Positions 38,269 through 52,124 are shown, counted from the stretch's first letter. The stretch: DNA of 64,000 nucleotides from Malacoraja senta (GCA_038087875.1 CM075989.1:21206001-21270000); one strand, 5' to 3'. A program made the numbers and translations. The notes: generated from the letters alone by a model not told the origin.

Positions 38269-40044
38269 GAGAGTCAGGGGAGAGGGAACCGAGAGTATGA
38301 AAAGGTACGTGGAACAAATTAGTGAAAGATATGAATCGCAGAGGAAGGGTGCTGCAGAACTCTCGTCAGATGCCGTGAGTTTGAGGTGTTTGAATGCACT
38401 TTCTGTACAGCAGGCATTTCTGGAAGTAAAAGGCCTACAGGCTAGCTGCTATCCACCAGGGGGAGTAAGCCCCAAGCACACAACCTCTGTGTCTTGTCAT
38501 GGTCTTCTCGATTAGCTATTTGTATATTTCCATTATGAAGCTCAAATATAATACTGGCAGCAGTTAATCTGAAGTCGAGAGTCTGGTACCACAATAGAAG
38601 TATCCTGTTTCCTGCTGTCCCTTATGCCCGATCTCTGGACAAAGGCATTCACCTGACGGATTTATGCATTTCCACAACACTGCGTAATTAACCCCTTGAG
38701 AAATATGGCAGCATCATGAACTGTAAATATCCAAGGTCAGGCTTTTTGTTGCTTACTCGATGGGCTGTGTAAACAACGGTCCGCGTTCTCTCTCCCTCGT
38801 CTTATAGGAGCACCAGGATTCGCAATTGAGGGCAAAACGGTTCTGTCTGCGCTGGAAAACATTTGAGTCATTTCAAAACTGCAGAGAAAATGAAATACTC
38901 ATAGGGATAGGATTGTGACTACATATAGATCAAAGCATGGGCCTAGTAAGTTACACACATATTGTTATCTGTAGGTTCTGGAGCTTGGATTGTTTCCCAG
39001 TTTTATGTTTATTGAGGTGAAAGGCAAGATGGGGGGAACAAAAAACCCTGGTATTATCACGGGGACAGATTTTGTGATGGCTACCAAATTTGCCATTGAT
39101 TGCCCAAATAAATGAGTTGCTTCATGAGAAACTCCACCACGGAAAGGGTTTTCAAGAAGGTTCTCATCTCTGGTCCATTGCCACAACTTTTGCCTTGCTG
39201 AAAACTACATTCACTTTGGAAAAGTCAGGCCACTTTCCCTGAGTTTGACCCCAGAACATCAGTCAGATAGATATAATAGACGGGGCTGTAGGTCATGCAG
39301 AGAGTCCAAGATTGGGATAACCATGATACCATTTAAAGCTGTGTTTACATTGGAATTTGTTTTACCTCATGATGTGGAAAATCTTTTAAAGTAGCTCACC
39401 GAGTCAGTACTGAAAAAAATATTTTTTCCCCCTCCGTATACTTGAAGGAAAAGTGATTTCCCACATCCCGTTAGGAATGTTGGACGGGTTTTGGGAGAAC
39501 AGGTGGCTTCAACGCTAAACGTTAGTTCCAATGGAAATATTCCACTGTGGTGTTTTCACTACATTTTTGTCAACAACCTCGAGTGGAAGAACGTTCCTTT
39601 TCAACGGTCTCCCGCCTTACACGTAAAATATGCCGGAGTTTTTAGCTCCCCTTCCCACACCGCTCCTCTCCAGTCCCACCCCAGAGATTACGAGCAAATT
39701 CGTTAACTGTGCGCAGACCTCAGACAACTCTTCATTACTATCAGGATTACTATTCATTCTTCCCCCGCACAATTAAAGCAGGGAAAAATCTCCACCCTAC
39801 TATAGTTACCCAACCAGATGCAATTAAATTTAAGGTAGCTCTTTCTTCTCAAAAACCCTTTCTGGCTTAAGTCCTCCCTCCACCACCTCCAGTTTAAATT
39901 CCATTTGGAATATTTTGGAGGACCAAGAAACCAAGAAACCAACAAGGATGATTTGACTGGGTAGCACGCAAAGATTTTCCCCGAATCTCGGTCCCCATAA
40001 CAGTAATATAATATTATAATATTAATAATAATAAAGCAATAATT

Positions 40045-40340
40045 AGGTGGCAGAGTGGCACAGCGGTAGAGTTGCAGTCTTACAGTGCCAGAGACCCAGG
40101 TTCGATCCTGACTACGGGTGCTGTCCATACGGTATTTGTACGTTCTCCTTGTGACCATGTGGCTTTTCTCCGGGTGCTCCGGTTTCCTCCCACACTCCAA
40201 AGACGTACAGGTTTATAGGTTAATTGGCCTGGTATAATTGTAAATTGTCCCTAGTGTGTATAGGACAGTGCGAATGTGTGGTGATCGCTGGTCGGCACGG
40301 ACTCGGTGGGCCGAAGGGCCTGTTTCCGCGCTGTATCTCT
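40045..40340 (+). mobile_element. HE1-type V-SINE
   Basis: Full length. Confidence 0.92.
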
Positions 40341-43300
40341 CGAAGCCACCAGTTCAGGCCAGCAAGAGTTAAATAATAAAATTACTTTCAAAAAAACGCA
40401 GAATGCTTCTCAACATGTAAACGGAGTTATCTTAAATTTTATAATCCTCTTTAAAAAGAAACAAGGGATGTATCATTGGAAATAAAATGTCTATTTATAA
40501 CATCAGGTAATATAAAATGAGACTAAAAATAAAATGATGTGTTACTTTACGGTACTGGCAACATCTGAGGTGTGCAATTGAGAGTTTATGCATTATACCG
40601 TCTTCAAGTGATAATTAAGGACTTTTTGTAACTTTGTCGGCACCAGAATTGTGGTGACTCTTTGTGTGCTGCCTGGTGTAAGATTTTACCACACGGTATG
40701 TCAAAATAACGAATTTCACTGTGCGTTGGTACAAGCAACGATAAAGTATCTTTGAATAAAGTATCTTTGAATAAAGTATCTTTGAATAATCGAATTGAAG
40801 GATGGGCCAGTCGCACTTTATTTTTTCAATGCGTTGTTAGATACTTGGGACATGTTTGGCAACAGGTTTTCTCTCATATTCCTCTTGCTTCTTGGAGCAC
40901 AGTTCCAATTCACAGCCGCCCTCCCCGCAGCACTTCAGACCCTTCCTCCTCAGCCAAGTTTCCCCAGAGGTCACACCAGTACACGGTGAGACTTGAAGCA
41001 TATGCTGCAAACCCCTCAGATCTGCTGTCCTCATCATTTCTCAATGGGCGCACTTGACAACCAGTTACTCAGGACGGCTCTGGTCGTGGGGGCCCTGCTC
41101 TGTTCATCTGTACCACCACTGACACACACAAAAAAAAAGAGAATGCCTTCTATACTCTTGTCTGTGCCTCATGCAGGCGGTTTGAGGGGCTATTTAACAG
41201 AATGATCGCATGTTAGCAGTCTGGTTACCTCATAAATCTTAGTTACTCCTCACAAACCTCTCTTTCACTGTCCTCTCTCTCTCTCTCTCTCGCTAAAGCC
41301 AGGACTACGAGGAAGTTGATGGAGGAATGGGGTTCCCTGACCAGGGTTCTGGTCTCTATGAATTATTTTTGAGTGATTTCACAGCCGGCTGTATCAGTGG
41401 AAGTTCTGCTTTCTTTCATTGCCTCCATCTATAGCCAAACAGTGAGTCATTGTTTCACAGCAATGGATTAAGTATGCTGACTGTTGGATTGACAGATGCT
41501 TTATATTATCAGTGAGAGATAAACATTTCAAGTTAGGCAAGCTCATGTGAAAAAGATGTCACTGCCCCCAACTTTCTCAGCAAAGATATTTTTAGTAATG
41601 GTATTCAGATGGGCGCTTATAATATTTGTTAGAGAACAAATTTTCTCTGATTGTTATGACTCTGCTTTTCCTAAAAGGCTGCAGTGTCTTCCTTCTCACT
41701 GATCCTCAGAAAGGACAATCCAAAACTCCCTTTAACACATCGTCTGGCCTCTAGCCATTCCACACATGGTGCTCAGCTTGTCGGGGCTTTTGCATTTCAC
41801 TCAAAAATCTCCCCCCCCTTGAATTTCACCTCACTATTTTACGATCCCTGTGACAAATCACAAGTGTGCTGGGCAGTGTTTACTTTTGCCGTTTGTAGGA
41901 TTTACAATTTTACCCGCACTTTCAGCTGGGCGGTGGGACTTAAATAACATAAGTCAGGATCGCCAGCGTGAATCAGGTTACAAATCCCTACATGGTCACA
42001 CTTGTAATTTTCAGGATTAACAAATTTAGCGCAGGTTTAAAAATTGAAGTATCAAATGGGACGAGTATTAACAGAGAACATGAACATCGGGATCATATTT
42101 TTTTTTTTTAGGGAATATATACAGGTTGATCAGAAATCACCACATCACTGGACAAGATGCAATATGAGAGCACAATCAATTCACAGAATAAATCCCGTTC
42201 TTTGATCTTTTGGACATCTCGACCGTTCCATCCCTACCGTTTAATACCGTTTGTCTTTTCACCAAAAGTCCATTTGTCCCTTTTCATCAGTCCGCAAAAG
42301 GAGCAAAATTAATTCTTCAATCAAAATTAGCAAGTAGGTACAAAAATGCTGGAGTAACTCAGCGGGACAGGCAGCATCTGTGGAGAGAAGTCGATTAGCA
42401 AGTGGATTTTATGCAGTGCTTGTTTCAGTGCAGTCCGCAGCTACTTTGAGTCCTTATTTGCCAACAACTTTATTTGCATTCCTTTTGAATTGTAACTTCT
42501 GACTCCTAAGTCATTTTCATTTTGCATTTACATTATAAGTGGAGGGAAGATTACTTTTACGAATCAGACACCAAACTCATTGATTCCATGAACTAAACCT
42601 TAGATTCAAAAGACATAGAACTTTAACCCCCCCCCCCCCCATCCACCAAACACCATCGGCCCCACCCCACTCCAGCCTCTGCCTAGATCTGACTTCTTGT
42701 CAATGGAAACTCATTATAATGAAAGGAATAGCGACTTATAAATGTTTGGTATCTCCAGTAAATCTGATAAACTAATAGTGTCGTAGAAAATCAGTAACTA
42801 GTTAATGTACTGTTTATTTCCAAGGCTAATTCACCAATGCAGGAAGTTGAGATTGACTAGTTTTCATATTCTCTGTCAGTGTTCAGGGTTTCACCCACTG
42901 AAGGTTCACCCCTTGCTTTAAAAGCCCTGGAAAAAAAGTCTCCCCAACTTGTTTTTCTCTCAGCCCAATCTGATAGTGACAGAGGATCCCAGATTTTGAT
43001 TCCGACTTGCGTTTTTCGTTCTTAAACAAAATAAAATCTGTGCCTAATCCCCTAGAAGTCTCCTTGCTACTCTTAATATGTAAAGTTACCCACGCTGACC
43101 CTAAGGGCAACAAGCCTTCATTACCCTCGCTACGATTAAAGGCAAGAAAAACAATGTTATTTGATTTTAGTCTAAATTTCCATTGGTATCATCAAATTTA
43201 TCAACCGCATCTTTCCACATTAAGCACTAGTTAAACATTTTAAAAGTGCATAGAATATGAAGTGATGGAATTTGCAGCTATTTACTTTCGAGCTCCAAAA

Positions 43301-45617
43301 ATATTAACCTGCGCCTTAATTGTTAGAAAGCACTCTTTGCTTTCCTTCATGTATTTCCAGCTTTATCGCCACGAGTTTAAAAATATAAAAGCTTCACGCT
43401 GACCTTGATGTAACTTAGATGCCGGTATCATCTTGTGTTTTGTTTTATTTGATCGTCTATAGGTTTCTTTTTATACGTTTCTAAGCATATTTTTTTTAGC
43501 TTCAGAGCCCAGGCCTTGATGAAAAGTAGATGCTAAATTCAGTGGCTGGGCCACACCTAATTAGTAAAATGGGCTTTTCCATTCTTTCTTTGCCTCCTTC
43601 TTAAGCATCTAGTCTCCAGAGAAGCATCCAATCCCTCAGCTGGGCTGTTTTGAAAACATTCCTTTGAATGCCTCTCCCTAATTCACAGCTTTGTTTTTAA
43701 GCCTTTGTGTTTGACTGTTTGACCATATAACATTATACATCTGGTCTATAGCATGTTTGTAGTTTCCTCTCCCAGGGAACCTACGCATTCCTTCAACTCC
43801 TCCTGTGCAAATTCCAACTGATCGTGTAACATAAAGAGGCTAAAGTGGAGCCAAGGCGCAATGAGTGAAACATGAAAAGAGTTGAAAAGAATTCTTTCAC
43901 TCCTCTTTTTTTCTCCCTCCCTCTCTCTCTCCCCACATTCTGCGCAACTTGGTGTCAACAGCAACAAGCCCAAATCATATAACTGTGGGAAAATGACATG
44001 TAGCTGAATGGGGGAACTCATTTAAATTCTCACTAGTAAACATTTCTTGGCCACTTAGTTAAAGCAGGCGACGCAAAATGTCCTGAGGTTTCATCCATTG
44101 CAGCAAGAGCATAATGCTGTAAGCGTCAGAGATCGGGTTAATTATGGGCAGGCTCCTTGTTTTGAGACCTTTTATATGTTTAGACGGCCAGTGCCTAGCT
44201 TAGAAATTAAAACCTCCTAAATAGCCCCTTGTAAGAGACGGCTGTGTACTGAAGCACTGGTATAGTCTGCTTCCACTCAGGCACAGGGCTGGAACAGCCA
44301 TGAAAGGTTAGTTCTTATATAATCCTCTTGAGGTGCAACTTGTCGAAGTGCAAAACCTGGTGCCCCTGTATGCGGTGTCAGTGGAGTATTTCTGTACCCT
44401 TTGACAATCACGGGATGTGTTTAGGCGCGGTGTTATTTTACTCGACTGCATGTAAGAAAATAATTTCACTAGTGCATTCATTTTAATTTAGTTTAGTTTA
44501 TTGTCACGTGTACCGAGCGAGGTACAGTGAAAAGCTTTGCATGTGTGACGGATAGATACCCCACTGAGTTGCAACCATTAGTTGCTTATTTTACTAAATA
44601 TTACTACAGTTTGGTCATCGTGACAGAATCTTGCAAGTGTCAATAAAAATTAATCAATAATTAAAATACATAAATTTATGCTGTATTTGTTTTTATATTC
44701 GAGGTATCCAGTCGGGCAATTAGAGTTTACGGTGAATTAGATTTCAATTGCGAGAGAAAAAAAAAAGATGATGGTTTGTCAAATTGCAAAGAAGGATTAA
44801 TTTTTTTTTAATTCTTTGTATTTGCAGCCAAAACCCTTTGGAAGTGAGCGTTTCTGAGTGTTTCTAAAGGCAGCCACTAACTAAGACAGCAAGTGAAGCT
44901 GAGGGATTAGGTTGTCAAGCTTGGCTTGTCATCATCAAAAAGGGCTGCTGTTTGTTACATCTTCACAGGGTCTGGCCACTGCTCCGACTTTGAAAGAAGA
45001 CATCCGCGACCTGCATTGATCATGTTGTCCTGCTTTTATACATTAGACGGCAGAGGGGCTGTAAAGCTAATCACATTTGTTGGGTATGAATCTCTCTAAA
45101 AGGGGGATTTCATGTGGAACCTCGAGGGTTAATGGAATGGATGGCTGCACATTCTAAGCGGGCGAGGAGGCTTCTTCTTCCAACTGGCTGTCAGAGGGCA
45201 TAATAGCGGTGAATGGGCTGTGCTCTGAGACAATATCTATCAGTTTGTAGGCTCCCTTCAGCGCTGACAAGGAGGCCAAGATACACATCACCTACCCTGA
45301 TATTGAAAACCCCCATTGTTTTCTCCCCTCACTTGTTCCTCCTGGTTTTGAATGAGGGTCTAGTTGGAGCTGATCTGCCCACTTTATCTCATTAGATGCA
45401 TCAGATAGAACACATTGATGTTCACCGGTTGGATTTGAACAAGGGCTCTTGCTGGGAGGGGGCACATGGGGAGGGGTGGGGACTTTGGTGGGTTGCTTTT
45501 GTAGTGCAGAGTTGAATGTGGCCAACACTATTATCGTTTGCCCTTTGGTTACAAACTCATTGCTCCCGAGAATTTACCGGCAGAAACTTTGCATTGAGTA
45601 GAAGTGCCATAAAGTCA

Positions 45618-45826
45618 TGTGCAGGAAGGAACTGCAGATGCTGGTTTACACCGAAGATAGGCACAAAAAGCTGGAGTAACTCAGTGGGACAGGCGGCATC
45701 TCTGGAGAGAAGGAATGGGTGATGTTTCGTGTCTGAAGAAGGGTCTCGACCCAAAACGTCACCCGTTCCTTCTCTCCAGAGATGCTGCCTGTCCCGCTGA
45801 GTTACTCCAGCTTTTTGTGTCTGTCT
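45618..45826. mobile_element. Inverted pLTR pair
   Basis: Arms meet at gtttcgt/gtctgaagaagg. Confidence 0.8.
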
Positions 45827-45829
45827 TTT

Positions 45830-46530
45830 GCCATGTCGCAGCTTTATAGGACATTAGTCAGGTCAGATTTGGAGTTTTACATGCAGTTATGGGGTTATGG
45901 GGAGAAGGTGGGAGAATGGGGTGAGGAGGGAGAGATAGATCAGCCATGGTTGAATGGTGGAGTAGATATTGATGGGCCGAATGGCATATTTTCTGCTCCT
46001 ATCACTTATTAACTTATGAACTTATGAACTTGCAGTTCTGCCTGCCCCATTACGGAGAGGGTCAGGAAGTTTTGGAAAGAGGTGTACCAGAATGTTGCCT
46101 GGCTCAGAGGTGTTAGCTACAAGGAGAGGCTGGATGAACTTGGATTGTATTTTTCTGGAATGCCGGAGGTTGAGAGAAGAATTATGAGAGCCACAGATAG
46201 AGTAGACATACAGAACCTTTTTCCCAGGGTGGAAATGTCAAAGGTGAGAGGGCATAGCTTTAAGATGAGAAGGGCAAAGTTTAAAGGGGAAGTTTTTTTC
46301 CACAGAGGGTGGGTGGTGTGTGCATGGAACGCGGTGGTGAAGGCAGGGACAACAGTGGTGTTTAAGAGGCTTGTGGATAGGCAGATGGATAGACAGGGAA
46401 GAGAGAGGTATGGATCACCTACAGGCAGCTGAGATGGGTGAAACTTGGCATCAAATTCGGCATACTTCGACATCGTGGATAGAGAGCTTGTTCCTGTGTT
46501 GTACTTTTAGAAGTTCCATGTTCTATGTTC
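45830..46530 (+). mobile_element. Old CR1-type fragment with a nested CR1 tail
   Basis: LYRTLVRSDLEFYMQ...SYKERLDELGL. Confidence 0.8.
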
Positions 46531-46982
46531 GATATTAAGGAATACATAGAATGAACCAAAGGCTCACGAACTTATGAACAACACTATATCTCCATATCCC
46601 AGCCATATCGTGTCTGTGTGAGGGGCCGCCAACACATCAAATGACCTTTTGAAGCACTTTGTAACTGCTGAACACACTGGAGCTTGAAGTCAGGAACTTG
46701 ATGGAAATTTAAAAATAAATTGTGATTTTTCCCAGGAGTTTTATGAGTCCAAGTTCAATCAAACTTGTGGGGACAGCCTCCCATTCAAACAAAAGCTTAG
46801 ATATGTTAAAAACATCAGCTAATACTATGTAGGATGCTTGCCACAATACATTATATGTTTTTTTGAGATTTTGTCCAGGAAAATCTTAAGCAAGAAGAAT
46901 GGAAATATTATTTGGATCTATTTTTCCCTCTTAACGTCATTGTCCTGCCTTCATCCCCTAATCGCTGACACCCGTACCAATC

Positions 46983-47122
46983 TTCTTCTTCTTGCGTATG
47001 GCGTGCACAGCTTAAAGCTGTAGGACAACTTGTTCTATTTGATCTTATTTGATTGTGCACGCCAGGTTGATTGCATTTGTCGAAACAGGGAGGACCACGT
47101 GAAGGTTGCAATCTCCCACCCA
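46983..47122 (-). mobile_element. Family 1 HDV-headed short retroposon (ribozyme fold 47069-47122, two P1 mismatches)
   Basis: 13-bp TSD acccgtaccaatc at 46970-46982 and 47123-47135; tail CCATACGCAAGAAGAAGAA; inside a CR1 fragment. Confidence 0.9.
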
Positions 47123-47275
47123 ACCCGTACCAATCAAGAATTTGACAATCTTGGCCTTAAAAATATCAATTGACTTGGACTCCACAGCCGTCCGTGGCAT
47201 TGAGTTCCACAGATTCACCACCCGCTGACTAAAGAATTCCTGGACCATTTATTACTTACATTACATTTTGAATCA

Positions 47276-47600
47276 TGGTGTCACGGTGGCGCAGCGGTAG
47301 AGTTGCTGCCTTACAGCCAATGCAGCGACAAAGACCCGGGTTCGATCCCGATTACGGGTGCTGTCTGTACGGAGTTTGTACGATCTCCCCGTGACCTGCG
47401 TGAGTTTTCTCCGAGATCTACGCTTTCCTCCCACACTCCAAAGACGTACAGGTTTGTAGGTTAATTGGCTTGGTAAATGTAAAAATTGTCCCTAGTGGGC
47501 GTAGGATAGTGTTACCGTGTGGGGATGGCTGGCCGGCGCGGACCCGGTGGGCCGAAGGGCCTGTTTCCGTGCTGTATCTCTAAACTAAACTAAACTAAAC
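47276..47600 (+). mobile_element. HE1-type V-SINE
   Basis: Full length. Confidence 0.92.
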
Positions 47601-47799
47601 TCAAATGTTTCACGAATTTATCATTGAAAATTCAATGAGCATTAAAAGAGCAGAAAACTTTACACTTTAGACCTTAGAGACATAGAGTGGAAACAGGCCC
47701 TTCGGCCCATTGAATCCACGCCAACCAGCAATCACCCCAGCAATAGCCCTATCCTACACACTGAGGACAATTTTCATCTAATCCATACTAATTTAATTG

Positions 47800-48130
47800 A
47801 GTTTATTTACTGTCACGTGTACCGAGGTACAGTGAAATGCTTTAGTTGCGTGCTAGCTAGTCAACGGAAAGACAATACATGATTACAACTGAGGTGTGCA
47901 GATACATGATAAAGGGAATCACGTGAATAACCATTTGGTGCAAGATATATCAGCAAAGTCTGATCAAAGATAGTCCGAGGGTCTCCAATGAGGTAGATAG
48001 TAGTTCAGGACCGTTCTCTAGTTGTGGGAGGATGGTTCAATTGCCTGGTAACAGCTGGGAAGAAACAGTTCCTGAATCTGGAGGTGTGTGTTTTCACACT
48101 TCTGTACCTTTTGCCCGATGGGAGAGGGGA
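47800..48130 (-). mobile_element. Rex1/Babar-type 3' fragment
   Basis: PLPSGKRYRSVKTHTSRFRNCFFP. Confidence 0.82.
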
Positions 48131-49109
48131 GTCCCTCGGACTCAAGGTCCCTCGGATCCCTGGCAGTGTCCGTCTCATCTGGCCAGAGCCCCTGTGATCC
48201 ATCCCAGTACCTTTCATATCTTGCCAGTGCATCGCTGTTCTCTGCCAGTGTCTCTCTGAACTGTGCCAGTGCACAGCAAACTCACTACTTTTTTCCAGAA
48301 GTTAAACACAAAATGCTGGAGTAACTCAGCGGGACCGGCAGCATCTCTGGAGAGAAGGAATGGGTGACGTTTAGGGTCAAGACCATTCGTCCTTCCTACT
48401 CACTATTCTTTCCAGTTTTCTGATTTTATTATGTATTTTTCCTTTCTCTTCTCCTTCGCAAACATCTCTATTTTCCTTTCGAAGTCATCCATGGCTGTTC
48501 CATGCACCGCCTTGTAACCACTCTCCAGGTAAGGACATTCATCTGCAGAATTACTTATTGAACTTCTTTGTGATTATTTTCCATTTTGTGACCCCCTCGT
48601 TTTTTAAGTCTCTCTCACAGCGAGGTCAAATAGCTGGAGGCAAATGACATTGAGGTGAAATGTTGCAAAAGACTGCAAGTGTAAAAATGTGGACTTTTTG
48701 TAACAGTCACAAATCAATTACAAATGTCGATCATTCTTAAGGAAAGACGGGCATAATGGAATTATCACATTGCTGTAAAAACTAAAGAAGATGTTTTAAA
48801 AAGTTAGACCTCTCCAATTGACTTCTTCTCTTTGTGTTGAAGTTGTTCATTAGAATTGACCTGAAAGTCGCTATTTGGCATTCTTGGTGTTAAACATATG
48901 CATCTGGACCAATCTCAAAGACCTGTTTTGCTCTTCAACATATCTGTTCGACATAGAAATTCACTTTTCACATGTGTTTGCTCAGAAGTTTTAAAAAGTA
49001 ATATATTAGCCTAGAATTTGGTCAACGGTTCTTTATTCGTCACATGTACCGAGGTACAGTGAAGTTCATTTTTGTGTACAGTTCAGTACAAGTATCACTG
49101 TACTTAAGC

Positions 49110-49290
49110 ACAAAATGCCGGAGCGGGACAGGCAGCATCTCTGGATAGGAATGGGTGACGTTTTGGGTCAAGTCCCTTCAAGGGTCTTGACCCGAAACGT
49201 CACCCATTCCTTCCATCCAGAGATGCTGACTGTCCCGCTGAGTACTCCAGCATTTTGTGTCGATCTTCGATATCTGCAGTTCCTTCCCAC
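49110..49290. mobile_element. Inverted pLTR pair
   Basis: gggtgacgttttgggtcaag...cttgacccgaaacgtcaccc. Confidence 0.75.
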
Positions 49291-50596
49291 AACAATACAT
49301 ACGCATTTTGATACATCGTAGGTAAGTGCAGGAAGAGAAATGTTCAAGGCCACAAGATAGGTTGGAAGATCGGGTGCACATTGAAGTTTATGGGATAGCA
49401 TTGTTCAGTAGACTGAAAATTAACATGACATGCCTGGAAATTTCTATCTCTTCCAAGGAATGCATGACTTCCTTGCAAAAACAAAATAGTACTAATTAAA
49501 TTAACCTTGCCAAAAGCTGTTCGTGAAAGATATGGTAGACTTCTATTTTGAAGGGACTTGCAATCTACTGCCTTCTGTACTAAAGCCATTAAGCAGCCTA
49601 CACAACCACTCATATTATAATATCCCCACATACGAAAAAAATTAAGGAACTAAAAGAATGGACTGTAATTAATTTTTCAAATCATTTTACAGAAAGCAAG
49701 AAAGATTAAGATTGGGGCACAATAGTTAATGTAAGAGCTGAAAAGGTATTAGCAAATTTTAAAACATTCAAGTAATTAAAAAACATTTTTTTTTACTCTC
49801 TACAAAAAAACTCTGTTGTGATTTCATCACAACACAGATGGAATGATACCACAATTTTATTTTTCTCGGGTCAGAGAGGTTGTTCCACAGTAATTATCGT
49901 TAAGTACTCCATTGACAATTCATTAATAGCTCATTCATTGCGGCTTAATATTTTAAGTCGAGTTTACAGCAGGAATGGAACATAAGATGTTGAGGTTCAC
50001 ATCAAGTCATTGTTTCTGTGTTGGTTACACCATAGAAGACCATTGGTAAGTTCTTAGGCTCTGCTTTTGACTGTCGATGTACTTAAGTTGGCATGCGCTT
50101 TACAGGGCACTGCTTGTGAGTCTCAATAACTCCACCATCGTTTCGACTTGAAATAGTAGGCCATTAAGTGCCAACAATTACATTATCTAATTAAGCCGAA
50201 AGATAGAAAATTATTTTTCATTTGGTAAAGTAACTGCAAATCATGTAAGTAGTATTGTTGCAATAATTAGTCTGAACAGTTTAATGCAATCTTTTGTACG
50301 TCTTACATGACTTCTGAAGCAAATTCGCCAAATCTCTGTCAGTTTTATGCACAGCATATAATTAAGTTCAAATGGCATGATGAGATTTGCTGCTCCCTTG
50401 ATTAGAAACAAGTTGTTAAAAAAAAAAATCAATGGATTAACCTTATTTTTTATAAAAGTTAATTAAAAAGGGAAACAGTCTTTTCACTTCTTTCTTTAGA
50501 CTTTAGACTTTAGAGAAACGGTCGTTTCAGCCAACCGAGTCTACGCCGACCAGCGATCACCCCATACACTAGCACTGTCTACCCCACCCCATACAC

Positions 50597-51197
50597 CAGT
50601 CAAAAAGGCACAACAGAGGATGTACTTCCTACGGCAGCTGAGGAAGCACAATCTGCCACAGAGGCAATGATGGTCCAATTCTACATGGCCGTCGTAGAGT
50701 CTGTCCTCACCTTCTCCATCATGGTCTGGTTTGGCTCAGCCACCAAGCACGACACCTGGAGCCTGCAGCGAATCGTCCGATCAGCAGAGAAGGTTATTGG
50801 CTGCAACCTTCCCTCCATTGATGAACTGTACACTGCAAGGGCCAGGAAGCGAGCGGGCAAGATCATCTCTGACCCCTCTCATCCTGGCCACAAACTCTTT
50901 GAATCACTTCCCTCTGGAAGGCGACTCCGGATTGTCAAAGCTGCCACAGCCAGACACAAAAACTGTTTTTATCCACGAGTAGTTGCTCTACTCAACAGCC
51001 TCCCTTTGATCTGGTATTTTGTTGGATCACATGCTTGATCAATGGTGTTTTATCATTAATGTTTTATTATTATTAATGTTTAGTGTTTTCTGAGTCATTC
51101 GTAACTGTCACTGTATGTCATGTTGTTACTTGTGGGCGGAGCACCAAGGCAAATTCCTTGTATGTGAATACTTGGCCAATAAACTTACTTACTTACT
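50597..51197 (+). mobile_element. Rex1/Babar-type LINE 3' fragment
   Basis: KKAQQRMYFLRQLRK...FYMAVVESVLTFSIMVWFG...DPSHPGHKLFESLPSGRRLR; (actt)n tail. Confidence 0.9.
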
Positions 51198-51433
51198 ATC
51201 CTACCCTATAGAGACAATTACACTGTTGTAATCATGTATTGTCTTTCTGCTGACTGGTTAGCACGGAAAAAAAGCTTTTCACTGCACATCGTTACATGTG
51301 ACAATAAATTAAACTCAAACTCACACCTGTATGTCTTTGGAGCACCCGGAGAAATCCCACATGGTCACAGGGAGAATGTACGAACTCTGTACAGACACCA
51401 CCCGTAGTCGGGATTGAACCCAAGGTCTCTGGC

Positions 51434-51639
51434 TTCTTCTTCTTGCGTTTGAGGCAGCAGAAGTCTGCAGCAGGGTGATGCCATCCGGTTCGACATCCGT
51501 AGGTGCCCGCCCTACAAAGGGCGCACGCTCCGGGTTGGCGCCAAGCTGCGGCGCATGCTGCTGTCTCTGTTTGTTGTCGTTCGCCTGACTGAGGTGAGTT
51601 GACAGGACTCACCACGGGGAGGTCGACAACATGAGCCCC
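51434..51639 (-). mobile_element. Short non-autonomous retroposon, family 2 (HDV-like ribozyme head, ACGC(AAG)n tail)
   Basis: 11-bp TSD aggtctctggc at 51423-51433 and 51640-51650; inserted in an HE1 SINE; CpG-rich; tail CTCAAACGCAAGAAGAAG. Confidence 0.9.
51573..51639 (-). ncRNA. HDV-like self-cleaving ribozyme, 67 nt
   Basis: Minus strand: P1 GGGGCUC/GAGUCCU, J1/2 AU, P2 GUUGUCG/CGACAAC, P3 ACC/GGU, L3 UCCCCGU, GU after P1, short weak P4, J4/2 CGAA (candidate catalytic C at 51583). Confidence 0.85.
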
Positions 51640-52124
51640 AGGTCTCTGGCAATGTAAGGCAGCAACTCTACCATTGTGTCACTGTGCCGACCGTTCTGGA
51701 GGAGTGTATCACAGATTCATCGAGTCGTACAGCACAGAAGCAGGACCTTCAGCCCAACTTATGAATGCCGACCAAAGTGCCCCATTTATACGTCCCATTT
51801 ACCTCCACTTGGCCCATACCCTTCTAAACCATTTCTATCCATTTACCTGTCTAAGTGTCTTTTAAGTGTTTTGCTGAATGTGTTTTCTGGGTCAGCAGCA
51901 GGGAGGATTGTTAGCCATGTATTCTGAAAGTGGGAAGCGTTATATCAAACATTTATTACTGTTCAACGCAGTTAATAATTTGTAGATATAATGACAACAG
52001 TGTAGCACTTTGGGAACGATCAGACTGATCTTCTATTTCTCTGTCTACTTCTTGTAGTATGAACTTTCCACTTTAATGGAGCTGGTTGGAAATCACAGGT
52101 GTTTGTGTGAATGAAAGAGATTAC

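Larger units (their letters stand above)
50496..51690 (-). mobile_element. HE1-type V-SINE interrupted by Rex1 fragments and the family-2 element
   Basis: Tail 50496-50590, body ~51320-51433, head 51640-51690. Confidence 0.75.

Noticed and set aside
40739..40788. 15-bp triple repeat ataaagtatctttga
   Set aside because: No spacers; it looks like the slipped tail of an old LINE 3' end
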